The notes under the pieces are model-generated. The model made no database searches and was not told the origin of the DNA. It saw only the letters and a list, made by a program, of their open reading frames with translations. A DNA stretch of 64,000 bases from the IMG/VR virus record IMGVR_UViG_3300028195_000003; one strand, given 5' to 3'. This document shows, piece after piece, positions 21,134 to 30,717 of the stretch (positions are counted from its first letter, which is position 1; every line of letters starts with the position of its first letter). The stretch is from an uncultured virus (IMG/VR IMGVR_UViG_3300028195_000003). Taxonomy: Duplodnaviria > Heunggongvirae > Uroviricota > Caudoviricetes. The translations under genes were made by a program, and so were the position numbers.

Positions 21134-22365
21134 CAGTTGAAGTCTGCGACATCGTAGAAATCGAACTCGGCCCCGGGCCAATAGTCGTGCCTACATGCGT
21201 AACAGGTCAGATGAGGGCCCTCGTCGTCGTTCGAATCGAACTCACTGTTCCATACGTCGATTCTGCCGTCATTGACCTGGATGCGATAGTATTCAAAACC
21301 AGGGTTCGCATACTGATCAGGGGCTCCGCCGCACAGCGGACAGGCAATGCGCGCCTCCAGCTCCTCGGTCATGGACTGCTTGTCATCGGATCTTTCGAGC
21401 TCCTCCTTTCGATCCGGATCGAGCAGCATGATGCCGTCTGGGAGATGTCCCTGGTGGCCAATGAGGGGGCTCGTGCTGAACTCCCAGGCGACGTCCCTCG
21501 CGACACGCCTCTCCTCCAGCGTGCCCATCTCGACGCTCACCAGACTGTCGTTGTTCTTGGACTTGAGCTGTTTGATGGTCTTGCTGCCGTTTCTGTTGAC
21601 CACGATCTCCCAGCTCGCCCATGCCTTCCCGTCTGGATCCCGCAGGGAGTACAGCTCGATGGACCCCTTCCTGGACTGGTCGTAGTAGTGTCGACCACCG
21701 ATGCAGTGCCCCAGGGTCTTGCCCTCGTCTTCGAGCTGCTTACGGGTCGTCAGCCGCTGCACCGTCCAGCCCGGGTACTCGTGGACCCTGAAAACGGCCT
21801 CTCCTGGACGAGGCGCGCCCTCCATGGAGACCACGAAGCGGTCGTGCCAGGCCTCCGACGCCGCGAGAGCCTCGGCCATGGACATGCGTAGGATGTCGAC
21901 CCGAGGCCGCACCTCACGGTACCAGTCCATCAGATCGGAAAGACCGTTACGGTCCGAGGTGCTCGTCACCGAGACCACCACGGTGTTGAGTCGATGAACC
22001 TCCACCGAAGGGAGCCTGGCGACACCCATCAGGGCAGCCCAGGGATCGTCACCGCGCCGGGCCGCGTTGCGAAGCTCGCGACCGATCCACGGGATCAGAC
22101 GCTCGAGCTCCGGGCTGTCACCCTTCTGATGACGCCAGTTGTGCAACATCATGTCCGCGGCCAGCAGGAGCGACTCGGTCAGCTTGGCGGTAGCTTCCCC
22201 GAACTCCCGCTGAACCCAGGCCATCCTGGCGACGATTCCAGAGACCGACGCGCCGATGTCCTCACGGGCGCCATGAGTTGATCGCAGCCGCTGCAGGGCA
22301 GATCGACGCTGGCGCTCGTCGGGGGACGATGCAAGAATCGCGGCGATCGGGATGGTCATCGTCAC
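21133..22365 (-). CDS. PcfJ-like domain protein with C-terminal Zn ribbon (paralog 4)
   Basis: LEDEGKTLGHCIGG..LYSLRDPDG..IKQLKSKNN; CPLC...CYAC. Confidence 0.75.
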   Translation of the reverse strand: MTMTIPIAAILASSPDERQRRSALQRLRSTHGAREDIGASVSGIVARMAWVQREFGEATAKLTESLLLAADMMLHNWRHQKGDSPELERLIPWIGRELRNAARRGDDPWAALMGVARLPSVEVHRLNTVVVSVTSTSDRNGLSDLMDWYREVRPRVDILRMSMAEALAASEAWHDRFVVSMEGAPRPGEAVFRVHEYPGWTVQRLTTRKQLEDEGKTLGHCIGGRHYYDQSRKGSIELYSLRDPDGKAWASWEIVVNRNGSKTIKQLKSKNNDSLVSVEMGTLEERRVARDVAWEFSTSPLIGHQGHLPDGIMLLDPDRKEELERSDDKQSMTEELEARIACPLCGGAPDQYANPGFEYYRIQVNDGRIDVWNSEFDSNDDEGPHLTCYACRHDYWPGAEFDFYDVADFN

Positions 22366-23789
22366 CGGACTCGCCCCTCGGCGATCTCGTCGAACAACAT
22401 CCTTATGCGATTGCCCGGGTTCTCCCCATAGCTCTTGCGCAGCACCGGCAGCAGCTTCCGTCCCTTCCTGCGCAGCGTGGGATGCATCCCCTCCACCGCC
22501 TCGCGGAGCGCGTGGGCCTCTTCCGAGGGTCTGATGTCACGCTCGGGGTGACAGAACGCCGAGAGCAGCAGGGTCGCGATGAACGGAAGCTCGAAGACAG
22601 CGATCTGATCCTCGGGGACGAAGTCGACGCTCCTGGTGGTGAAGAACGGGATCTTGGCGCGCTTGGCGAAGCGCAGCGTCATCTGGGCCCCGACCCTGGC
22701 CCAGGCCTCGTCCGGCGAGGCGATGTAGGACCCGAGCTTCTCGATGTAGGCGGCCTTGCCGTACGCGCCGAAGAGCATCGATATCATGTAGACGTGATCC
22801 AGGTACTGCTCCCAGCAGGTCCCCAGCACGTCGGACATCGCCCCGATGGGGCTGATCAGCAGCATGGACGACATGGTCCCGGACAGGTCGAAGCCCGGCG
22901 GCGCGTCGTCTCTCACCTCTGGCGTCACCCGCCAGACCATGCGCTGACCCACCTTGTGATCGACCCTGTGCCACAGCTCGTGCAGGTAGGAGACAGCCCC
23001 GTGCGGGGTGTCCGGCAGCAGCATCCTGTTGGTCAACGCGTGGAAGGAGCCACCAATCTCCGCTCCAGCCTCACCCAGCTCCTCCAGCGCCTCCTTGCCG
23101 AAGACCTCGACCACGATCTCGTCCGTCAGAGTGCCCACCGCCGTGTCGTCCATCCCCAGCGAGGAGAACAGCGGCGCACCGTACAGCTCCATCAGAAGCG
23201 CAGAGATTCCGTACAGCGCCTGTCCCATGGGCTTGGAGATGGTGTGCTCACCGAGCTGAGCGGGATCTTCGACGGTCCGGGACTGCAGCCCATGCTGTAC
23301 GGCCATCATCTCCTGTCTCATGACGGACGCGGAGAACGAGCTCGGTGGCCCGAGCAGGTAATTGGCCAGCGGGTCGTTCCGTACCCAGCTGCGGCGATTG
23401 GCCTGCAGTGATGTCGGATGGAGCAGACGGCCAGGGGGACCCTCACCGATGATGTCCTCCCAGCTCATTTTCCCCACGCTGTGTACCCAGCGGGTCTGCA
23501 GCTGCGCAGCACCGAAGGTGACGTCTCCTTCGATCCCCAGCTCTCGCTTGATGTCTTCGAGAAACTCCGGGTCCTCCATCGCCCGCTTCTTCAGCTCGGC
23601 GGCTCTGGCCGCGAGGTCTCCCTCTCCCAGGACGCGCTTGAGGTCTCCAAGCTTGACCGAGTGGCCGTAAACCCTGACCAGGGTGTCCGGGTCCTGCCCG
23701 GGCTTGGCCCAGTCGGGCATCTTCCCGCCTCCCATGAAGCGGGCCAACCCAAGCGTGATTCCGGCGATGGCGAGCAGATCTCGGCTCAT
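22362..23789 (-). CDS. HExxH metallopeptidase-like / LPD1-like protein
   Basis: YLHELWHRVD and YIASPDEAWAR. Start MSRDLL after AGGAG. Confidence 0.6.
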   Translation of the reverse strand: MSRDLLAIAGITLGLARFMGGGKMPDWAKPGQDPDTLVRVYGHSVKLGDLKRVLGEGDLAARAAELKKRAMEDPEFLEDIKRELGIEGDVTFGAAQLQTRWVHSVGKMSWEDIIGEGPPGRLLHPTSLQANRRSWVRNDPLANYLLGPPSSFSASVMRQEMMAVQHGLQSRTVEDPAQLGEHTISKPMGQALYGISALLMELYGAPLFSSLGMDDTAVGTLTDEIVVEVFGKEALEELGEAGAEIGGSFHALTNRMLLPDTPHGAVSYLHELWHRVDHKVGQRMVWRVTPEVRDDAPPGFDLSGTMSSMLLISPIGAMSDVLGTCWEQYLDHVYMISMLFGAYGKAAYIEKLGSYIASPDEAWARVGAQMTLRFAKRAKIPFFTTRSVDFVPEDQIAVFELPFIATLLLSAFCHPERDIRPSEEAHALREAVEGMHPTLRRKGRKLLPVLRKSYGENPGNRIRMLFDEIAEGRVR

Positions 23790-23885
23790 GGTCTCTCCTG
23801 TCCAGGCCATGAGGATAACACGAGCCAAATCGTTATGGTTCGTGACTTCCCCATAGCCGTCAAAAGACAGCCAACAGCGCTACCG

Positions 23886-24188
23886 CTATGATGACCTACG
23901 GCGCCTACGTCGGCGTGGACGCCTCGGCCTTCCGTCCCTCTCGTCCATCATGGCCTCGTGTTCGGACCTGGTCATGTGCCGACGAGGGACAGGACCGGAT
24001 CCACTGTTTTGCCTGGACTCGTACTTCTCGTACAGATCCTTGCTCTTGGAGCGATGCTCACTCGCCGATTCCGTGTCCCCACGAGCCATCGCCTTCACGG
24101 CCTTCTTGTGCTGACGTTCTGACCGCCATTTCTCGAATAGCCCAAACTGCTCGACGATATCGTTCGCAATCAGATCGAAAGGGTCCAT
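23886..24188 (-). CDS. small basic protein with Arg-rich tail
   Basis: AGGAG RBS; ends RPRRPRRRRRRRSS. Confidence 0.55.
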   Translation of the reverse strand: MDPFDLIANDIVEQFGLFEKWRSERQHKKAVKAMARGDTESASEHRSKSKDLYEKYESRQNSGSGPVPRRHMTRSEHEAMMDERDGRPRRPRRRRRRRSS

Positions 24189-24335
24189 GACTATCTCCTG
24201 TCCGAAGGTGTCAATGGAAAACTACCACACAGCGCCCCCCCCGCCACCTCGATCGTTCGTCCGCGAAGCGTCGTAGGTCGTAGATCGTAAGTGCTACACA
24301 CCGTGTCGAAGGCCGTAGGCCGTTAAACACAGCGC

Positions 24336-25061
24336 TCAGATGGTGAAGTCCATTCCCCGCTGGCGCAGCTGCTTGTACAGCCCCTCGTCGAAGCGGTACA
24401 GCTGAGCCGGCTTGCCGCCGGTCTTGCGCAGCTTGTCCGTCAACACGAGCACCCCGTAGGCGAGGAGGCGACGACGGAAGTTGCGTGTGTCCAGGCTCCC
24501 GTTCAGCACGGTCTCATAGACCTCCTGCAGCTCGGTGAGCGTGAACTCCTCGGGCATCAGCTGCAGCCCCACAGGCTGCCACGCGATCTTGCTGCGCAGT
24601 CGCTGCAGGGCGTCGGCCAGGATCTGCTGGTGGTCGAAGGCCAGCCGGGGGCTGTTGAGATCGAGGGCCCGCAGCACATCGAACCAGGCCGCCTCGGCCG
24701 CGTCGTCCCCAGCCTTCACCTGCAGCTGATCGGGTCGCGTCAGCGCCATCCAGGCCACCGAGATCACCCGGCCCCGCGGATCGCGGCTGGGGTGCCCGTA
24801 GGTGTACAGCTGCTCGATGAACGACAGCTCGATGCCACACTCCTCGTTGACCTCACGGCGTACGCAGTCCTCGATGGACTCGTCCATCTCGAGGAAGCCA
24901 CCAGGCAGCGCCCAGTCACCGAAGAAGGGTTCTCCCTCCCGGCCGCGCCGGATGAGCAGGACCATCAGCTCGCCGTTGTTCGGGTCGATCCCGAAGATCA
25001 CCGCGTCGGTGGTGATATCGGCCTTGGGGTAGTCGTAGGTGTGCTGTTCGCGCTCGCTCAT
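24336..25061 (-). CDS. nrtR: NrtR-family Nudix/wHTH regulator
   Basis: WALPGGF..ES....RE..EE.G, EQLYTYG.P.RDPRGRVIS, LAFDH, FTL.ELQ..YE, NFRR, PA.LYRF. Start MSEREQ overlaps the pncA stop. Confidence 0.9.
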   Translation of the reverse strand: MSEREQHTYDYPKADITTDAVIFGIDPNNGELMVLLIRRGREGEPFFGDWALPGGFLEMDESIEDCVRREVNEECGIELSFIEQLYTYGHPSRDPRGRVISVAWMALTRPDQLQVKAGDDAAEAAWFDVLRALDLNSPRLAFDHQQILADALQRLRSKIAWQPVGLQLMPEEFTLTELQEVYETVLNGSLDTRNFRRRLLAYGVLVLTDKLRKTGGKPAQLYRFDEGLYKQLRQRGMDFTI

Positions 25062-25951
25062 CGCTGGATATCCTCGGTGGTGCAGAAGGTCATACCACGG
25101 GGCTCCCAGGTGTCCCTGAAGGCCGTCCACCGCTCCTCGTGTCCGGGGACGGGGCTCATGGTGTCGGTGAGCATGACGATCATCTCGGGGGTGATGCTCG
25201 GGTTACGGGGGTCGGGATCAGGATGGTCCAGCATCTGATCCATGGTCTGGATGACGCAGTGGGTGCTGGCCTGGCCCGCCACCAGCTTGCGACGACCACC
25301 GAAGGCCATCTCGTCGTACAGATCGGTGTCGTAGTGGGTGCTCGGATCATCCTCGAGGTGGATCTGTGCAGCGAAGGCGCCGTGGTGCTCGGTCCACGGG
25401 CTCTGACCCTTGAACTTCCAGCGCACGTGCCGCCCGGTGACCATCTCCCAGTTCCTGATGGTCGTGCGGATGGGCTGAACCACCGCCTGGCCCGGGGTGC
25501 CGATGATGTTGTGCTCCGGCCAGATGGTGATCCCGGTGCCCAAGGTCTGAAGGGCGCTCATGACGCCCACGGTTCCGCCGCGGTGGGGACCGCCAGCGCG
25601 CATCAGCTCGGGGATGGCCGCGGTGTAGAAACGGTGGGCACCCTCCAGGTCGACGCCGACGACCTCACCATCGCTGAACACCATCGTCGTGAACAGTGGA
25701 GGAAACTTCTTGCTGCCACTCTGGAACCACCAGATCGGATGGGTGATGTCCATGGGGTGATGGGCGTCCATGGCAAAGAAGATGCGCTCGATGCAGCAGT
25801 GCTGCTTCTTGGCGATGCCCAGGTTCGCGATCAGGTGAGCTGTCCGTATGGCGTCATCATAGGCGCCAGGCACGTACAGGGAGCCGTCGGGGTGGGAGAA
25901 GTCGACAGAGGCGTCGATGAGGAACAGGTCGAAGGTCTCGTTGCTGGACAT
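25058..25951 (-). CDS. pncA: nicotinamidase (isochorismatase superfamily)
   Basis: LID..VDF..PDGSLYVPGA, D.H, WPEH..IGT.G, KGQ...TEH, AGQASTHCV. Confidence 0.85.
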   Translation of the reverse strand: MSSNETFDLFLIDASVDFSHPDGSLYVPGAYDDAIRTAHLIANLGIAKKQHCCIERIFFAMDAHHPMDITHPIWWFQSGSKKFPPLFTTMVFSDGEVVGVDLEGAHRFYTAAIPELMRAGGPHRGGTVGVMSALQTLGTGITIWPEHNIIGTPGQAVVQPIRTTIRNWEMVTGRHVRWKFKGQSPWTEHHGAFAAQIHLEDDPSTHYDTDLYDEMAFGGRRKLVAGQASTHCVIQTMDQMLDHPDPDPRNPSITPEMIVMLTDTMSPVPGHEERWTAFRDTWEPRGMTFCTTEDIQR

Positions 25952-26013
25952 GACTGGCTCCTGTAAGCGGTGAGCGGACAGCGGTGAGCGGAAAGCGGTG
26001 AGCCGTAGGCGAA

Positions 26014-27129
26014 CTAAAGCGGGAGATCGTCGGTGAGGATGCCTGCGTCGCGCAGCCTACGGCGTGTACCAAGGGTCGGGATGTTCGGATTCTCCTTGTG
26101 ACGGGTCTTGCGCTCGACCCGCTGCAGGGCCTCGATGATGGTCATCACAGCCTCGCCGGTGAACTCGGTGTTGGGGAAGGCTTCGCTGTTGTGAGCGGCC
26201 CACAACAAACGCTTCTGCCGAATCGGATACCAGGGCGTGTCCAGGAAGATCTCGGTGGGAAGGATGTCCTCGCAGATTCCAGTGTCCACGAGCAGGTCGT
26301 CCACCCGGGCGACGCGCTCGAGCAGGCCCACGCTGGTGTACTCACCCGTGTCCGGGTCCACCGTGGAGTACCAGCCCATGCCAGCAGGCGGGGTGATACC
26401 AACCCAGCTGGACAGCTCGTCCTCGTCGTGGTGTGGCACAGGACCCCACAGGTCGGGGGACGGCTTGGCCGCACGCACCGAGCGGGGGATGCCAAGGCCA
26501 TTGGCCAGCTGGTAGACCTCACCCTTGGACAACATCTCGATGACGTTCAGGTCGACCTCGCCGTCACCGCCCTTCTGGTAGAAGCGCACGATGCGGTCCT
26601 CGCACTCGTTGCCTGTGCCGTGCCGCAGGCCACGTCCCATCAGCCGGTTGACGTAGCGGCCGATGGGTGCCCGGATGCAGGACCGGAAGGATCCCAGGAC
26701 GGTCGGGTCGGACTCCTTGCGGCGCTGCAAGTCCTCGTAGGCCTCCTCGAACGGGGTCGCTCGCCGCTCCGGAGCATCGGGGTCCGACGGTAGATTCTTT
26801 CCTTCCGCCAGCGCCATGGCCAGCTGAGTCTCGATGGTGTTCACCAGCGAGGCGAACATCGCGCTCAGGGGCAGGTCCACCAGCTCCAGGCCGAGATGCT
26901 TCGCCACCTCCAGGGCCCTGATGCGTGACGCCATCGACGAGTTGATGGAGGAGTAGACACAGGTGACGTTCTCGGAACCCAAGGCGCGCACGCACAGGGC
27001 GGCGACCACCGCGGAGTCGAGGCCTCCAGACAGGTCCACCTCAGCGAGGGGCATGCCCTCGGAGGCGTGGTAGGCACGAATGGCTTTGACCCGGTTGGCG
27101 ATGAGACCTTTGGCATTGGTGACAGGCAT
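26014..27129 (-). CDS. nadE: NH3-dependent NAD+ synthetase
   Basis: LSGGLDSAVV, GTGNECE, FYQKGGDG, LSK.EVYQLA, PSPDLW. Confidence 0.9.
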   Translation of the reverse strand: MPVTNAKGLIANRVKAIRAYHASEGMPLAEVDLSGGLDSAVVAALCVRALGSENVTCVYSSINSSMASRIRALEVAKHLGLELVDLPLSAMFASLVNTIETQLAMALAEGKNLPSDPDAPERRATPFEEAYEDLQRRKESDPTVLGSFRSCIRAPIGRYVNRLMGRGLRHGTGNECEDRIVRFYQKGGDGEVDLNVIEMLSKGEVYQLANGLGIPRSVRAAKPSPDLWGPVPHHDEDELSSWVGITPPAGMGWYSTVDPDTGEYTSVGLLERVARVDDLLVDTGICEDILPTEIFLDTPWYPIRQKRLLWAAHNSEAFPNTEFTGEAVMTIIEALQRVERKTRHKENPNIPTLGTRRRLRDAGILTDDLPL

Positions 27130-27138
27130 GGTGATCTC

Positions 27139-28743
27139 CTAGTGGTCCATGGCGATGCGGCCCACGAGGCCCATCGTCCCTTCGGACATCTCGATAGGGC
27201 TGGGTGACGAAAGAGACATCGACACGATCTCGAAGTCGGCGTGACGGGTAGGGTCGAAGAAGTCGGACGGAGCGAGATGGGGCTCCGGCTCATAGCCGTG
27301 CACGGTGGAGAGCACCTCGTACCCGTCGGGGTACGGCTCCCCAGCTTGCCCGATGATGTCCACGGGGCCCTTCATCGGGTTGGCGCGCAGTCGACGGAAG
27401 ACCACAGGGCGCCCTGGGAGGCTCTGCTTGCCACCAGAGCCCGAGACCTTCATCGTGGACCGCCCACCAGTGCAGGACAGCTTATAGGCCGCCGAGACCT
27501 CGTTGCGGGTGCAGATGACGTGGTCCTCGACCATGTACGAGCCGTAGCCATACCAGACCCTGGAAGCCGGAAGTCCAAGCTCGCGGCGCAGGCCCTCCAT
27601 CTCCCGTGTCCGCTCCACGTCGTAGCCGTCCTCGAGGATGTAGACCGGGGGAGCCCCTCCGGTCCTCTCGGCGTCCTCCACCAGGTTCATCAGCTGTGAA
27701 CGCTGATCCCCAGAGTCCAGCCGGACGGTGATCTGGCGGTCCGGCATCTGCCGGTGAGCCTCGTCCACTTGGATGATGCCGGACTCCGGATCCCAGGTGT
27801 CGAACAGGTAGGAAGGGATCTCGGGTCGCATGTCCCGGATGGCCATGAAGCCAGCCAGGTCGCTCCCCCAGCGCTGCTGGTGCTCATGCCCGGTGGTGCC
27901 CACCGGGTACAGGTTGTGCTTCCAGGCTCCCAGCACGTTGCTGGTGGAGCGCAGACCGGACCGCTTCAGGATCTGAAGCACCGTGTCGTGGTGCTGAGCA
28001 CAGCAGGCCGCCCGCAGCCCGACCTCGAAGATGCGGTCCTCCGGCTGCACACCAGGCTCGTCTTCGTTGGTTCCGAGGACCTCCACTAGCTCGGAGAAGA
28101 CAGAATCCGGAAACCCGATCGCAGTAGGGGTGCTGTAGGACTTGATGACCGCGACACGCTCAGGCCGCGGCGCCATCTTCGTCCAGCGACCCGGCCAGCC
28201 CTTCTTCATCTGCTCGGCCCGGTCCCAGCACAGAGCCACGATATCGGCCTCGTCCTGACAGCGTACGTGCATGATTCCGGAGTTCTCACCACGCAGAATG
28301 GAGGTGATGAGCTGAATGTGGTGGTTGAGCATGATGACCAGCGGCTCGAGCCAGCTGACAAGGAAGGACGGCCCGGTGATCGTGAGGATCGGCTCCCGGG
28401 GACCGAACACGGTCCCAGCAGGCAGGTAGTCGAGCTCCACCTCACCACGCATGGCAGCCTCCATGGCGGGGTTCAGGCCGTAGCCGAAGGCGTCGAGGAA
28501 ACCCCGCTGCTTGATGGTGAGGCTGTCAACGTCCGGCAGCATGCCGTAGACGATCTCAGCCAAGTCCAGCGGCACCACCCAAGAGCCAGAGCGCCGGAAA
28601 GACAGCACGAAGCTCTCCTGCCGCAGCGGGAAGCCCGCCTGGGACATGGAGAACTTGTAGCCATCGGTGAGCAGCGGCGAGGGTCGCTTGTCATGGAAGC
28701 CGGTGATGAGGCCGGCCAGATCACACTCGAAGTCTCGTGGCAT
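27139..28743 (-). CDS. pncB: nicotinate phosphoribosyltransferase
   Basis: LLTDGYKFSM, EVGLR, TSNV, GTTGHE, LFDTWD, VRLDSGD. Confidence 0.85.
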   Translation of the reverse strand: MPRDFECDLAGLITGFHDKRPSPLLTDGYKFSMSQAGFPLRQESFVLSFRRSGSWVVPLDLAEIVYGMLPDVDSLTIKQRGFLDAFGYGLNPAMEAAMRGEVELDYLPAGTVFGPREPILTITGPSFLVSWLEPLVIMLNHHIQLITSILRGENSGIMHVRCQDEADIVALCWDRAEQMKKGWPGRWTKMAPRPERVAVIKSYSTPTAIGFPDSVFSELVEVLGTNEDEPGVQPEDRIFEVGLRAACCAQHHDTVLQILKRSGLRSTSNVLGAWKHNLYPVGTTGHEHQQRWGSDLAGFMAIRDMRPEIPSYLFDTWDPESGIIQVDEAHRQMPDRQITVRLDSGDQRSQLMNLVEDAERTGGAPPVYILEDGYDVERTREMEGLRRELGLPASRVWYGYGSYMVEDHVICTRNEVSAAYKLSCTGGRSTMKVSGSGGKQSLPGRPVVFRRLRANPMKGPVDIIGQAGEPYPDGYEVLSTVHGYEPEPHLAPSDFFDPTRHADFEIVSMSLSSPSPIEMSEGTMGLVGRIAMDH

Positions 28744-28752
28744 GGTGTGCAC

Positions 28753-28809
28753 CTTCTTGTCAGTTCGACAGTAACTTACTGTCAGAGCTACAAGAAGTCA
28801 AGCCGTGGG
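28753..28809 (-). promoter_or_regulatory. sigma70-type promoter overlapped by two putative NrtR boxes (copy 1)
   Basis: Minus strand TTGACT-17bp-TAAGTT; boxes TTCTTGTAGCTCTGACAGTAA and TTACTGTCGAACTGACAAGAA (each GT-N7-AC). Confidence 0.8.
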
Positions 28810-28872
28810 ACGATCTTCGGCCATTATTGGGTTTTTGAGCGCAAATCCAAACGAACCAGATTCTGTGGGCAG

Positions 28873-29442
28873 TCATCGAGCACACCACAGAACGATTTCT
28901 CCGGCCCATTCTCCCCATTTCCCGCAGCGCGGACACCCGCAGCACCTCTGAAATACAGACCCTTCTGCACGACTTAGACATTCATCAAAGAGCGAGCCAC
29001 ACCATTCTGAGTCTTCTTCTCTGCCACAGCCCTCGTCCAGCGACTCGTCAACGCACTTCCATAATTCAGGGGTCTCCGTCCAGTCACATGAGACTGCCCA
29101 TTCATCCATGGCTGGTGACGGCGAGAACGTCCTCGGATCATAACTGAAGAGCCCTATGATCATCATGCAGGCCACGTAGACCGCGGGTATCGAGATCGCG
29201 GCCCAGATCATCAGACCCATGACCGTCACAATGGACTTGATGACCTCTGGGGTCATATCCCACAGCAACCGGGCCACGGCCGGAACGGCGAACACCAAGA
29301 GGGCCATCAGTGCTATCGTGAGCAGTGGAAGAGATTCCATGGGGAGAACCGCCCACACAAAAGAAGGGAACCCCACCCATGCGGCAACCCAGAGCATCGC
29401 CACGACCAGTGTGCATCCAATGAGCTTCCACGGTCCGATCAT
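28873..29442 (-). CDS. membrane protein with Cys-rich C-terminus
   Basis: About three TM segments; GAGGTG RBS; lies between the two promoter copies. Confidence 0.6.
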   Translation of the reverse strand: MIGPWKLIGCTLVVAMLWVAAWVGFPSFVWAVLPMESLPLLTIALMALLVFAVPAVARLLWDMTPEVIKSIVTVMGLMIWAAISIPAVYVACMMIIGLFSYDPRTFSPSPAMDEWAVSCDWTETPELWKCVDESLDEGCGREEDSEWCGSLFDECLSRAEGSVFQRCCGCPRCGKWGEWAGEIVLWCAR

Positions 29443-29455
29443 TGGGCACCTCTAT

Positions 29456-29512
29456 CTTCTTGTCAGTTCGACAGTAACTTACTGTCAGAGCTACAAGAAG
29501 TCAAGCCGTGGG
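29456..29512 (-). promoter_or_regulatory. identical 57-bp second copy of the promoter/operator
   Basis: Exact repeat of 28753-28809. Confidence 0.85.
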
Positions 29513-29598
29513 CAGATCTTCGTTCGTCGAGATCACGGATACAAAAAGACGCACTCCGTGATAGAATCACTCCGAACGAGAACTGTGGAGACTCGACC

Positions 29599-29958
29599 AT
29601 GAGCGGATTCGGAGAAAACGAGACGACAAGGCAGCTATTCGGATCGGCCCCGAGCTCTCCGCTGATGCGAGCAAGGGAAGCCCTTACGGACCACCTGTTC
29701 CGGGCTGGCATCATGTTCGAGGGCGGCTCCGTGCTTCCCCTTCCTCGACCATCGGTCCTGATCGCCGTCCCGTACAGGCCCTCTGCCGACTGGTACGGCA
29801 AGGCACAGCGAGCGCTCCGAGAAGTCCTGGATCAACACCCAGGCGCTGAAGGGGTGACCCAGCTCTTTGGCGAGCCGAGGAAAACCCCTGGTTCCGAGAT
29901 CTTCGAGCCCGGTGACGCATTCGGTCGGTTCATGATGATCGTCCTGTCCTCACGGTGA
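29599..29958 (+). CDS. hypothetical protein
   Basis: GGAG RBS; 119-aa ORF. Confidence 0.5.
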   Translation: MSGFGENETTRQLFGSAPSSPLMRAREALTDHLFRAGIMFEGGSVLPLPRPSVLIAVPYRPSADWYGKAQRALREVLDQHPGAEGVTQLFGEPRKTPGSEIFEPGDAFGRFMMIVLSSR

Positions 29959-29986
29959 CAGGTCACGGATACGAATGGACTGGAGA

Positions 29987-30062
29987 TGGGGCCGGAGACA
30001 GGACTCGAACCTGCGGCCAGCGGTTTACAAAACCGCTGCTCTACCAACTGAGCTACACCGGC
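29987..30062 (-). tRNA. tRNA-Thr(TGT)
   Basis: Cloverleaf, GCGGT-TTTGTAA-ACCGC, CCA encoded. Confidence 0.92.
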
Positions 30063-30206
30063 ACGGTGGGTGAGAGGGAGGAGCCGCCTCCCCCAGGCGC
30101 TACCGGCCGCGTCCTCCGGTTATCATCCCGGGACCACAGCCAGCGCATACCAAGGGTGCGCACCCCGGCTGCCAGGCTTGATGGGCCTGGCCCCTATGGT
30201 CGAAGA

Positions 30207-30294
30207 TGGTGGGTGAGGCGGGACTCGAACCCGCGAAATCCTTACGGCCTCCGCCTTATCAGGACGGCGATCTAACCAACTGATCTACTCACCC
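30207..30294 (-). tRNA. tRNA-Ile(GAT) with enlarged variable region
   Basis: CCGTC-CTGATAA-GGCGG; 16-nt variable region; CCA. Confidence 0.85.
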
Positions 30295-30352
30295 GAAGAG
30301 GTGCCACGATACAAGGCCCCGTGGCTGGCTCGCACACCTGATGCGCAGTAAA

Positions 30353-30429
30353 TGGCTGACCCTCCCGGGCTCGAACCGGGGACCTTCTGATTAACAGTCA
30401 GACGTTCTGCCAAACTGAACTAAGGGCCA
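30353..30429 (-). tRNA. tRNA-Asn(GTT)
   Basis: TCTGA-CTGTTAA-TCAGA; GCCA end. Confidence 0.92.
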
Positions 30430-30443
30430 ACAAAAGTCGAATA

Positions 30444-30521
30444 TGGTGGGCGTGAAGGGAATCGAACCCCCGACCTGTCGCGTGTGAAGCGGCTGCTCTC
30501 CGCTGGCTGAGCTACACGCCC
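30444..30521 (-). tRNA. tRNA-Val(CAC)
   Basis: Loop TTCACAC; ACCA end. Confidence 0.9.
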
Positions 30522-30535
30522 GTGAACGATGAAAG

Positions 30536-30612
30536 TGGTGGAGCCAGCGGGATTCGAACCCGCGACACCCGCGCTGCCAGCGCGGTGCTCTCCCGGACTG
30601 AGCTATGGCCCC
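30536..30612 (-). tRNA. tRNA-Ala(GGC)
   Basis: Loop CTGGCAG; G3-U70 pair. Confidence 0.92.
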
Positions 30613-30625
30613 GATGAGGGGAAAA

Positions 30626-30702
30626 TGGTGGCGGAGCCTGGATTCGAACCGGGGAATGCGAGGATATGAACCCCGTGCCTTCGGCCGCTTGGCGACATAG
30701 CC
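30626..30702 (-). tRNA. tRNA-Met/Ile(CAT) with mismatched acceptor stem
   Basis: CGGGG-TTCATAT-CCTCG; acceptor GGCTATG/CTCCGCC has 3 mismatches. Confidence 0.7.
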
Positions 30703-30717
30703 GTGGACAATAGTGGG

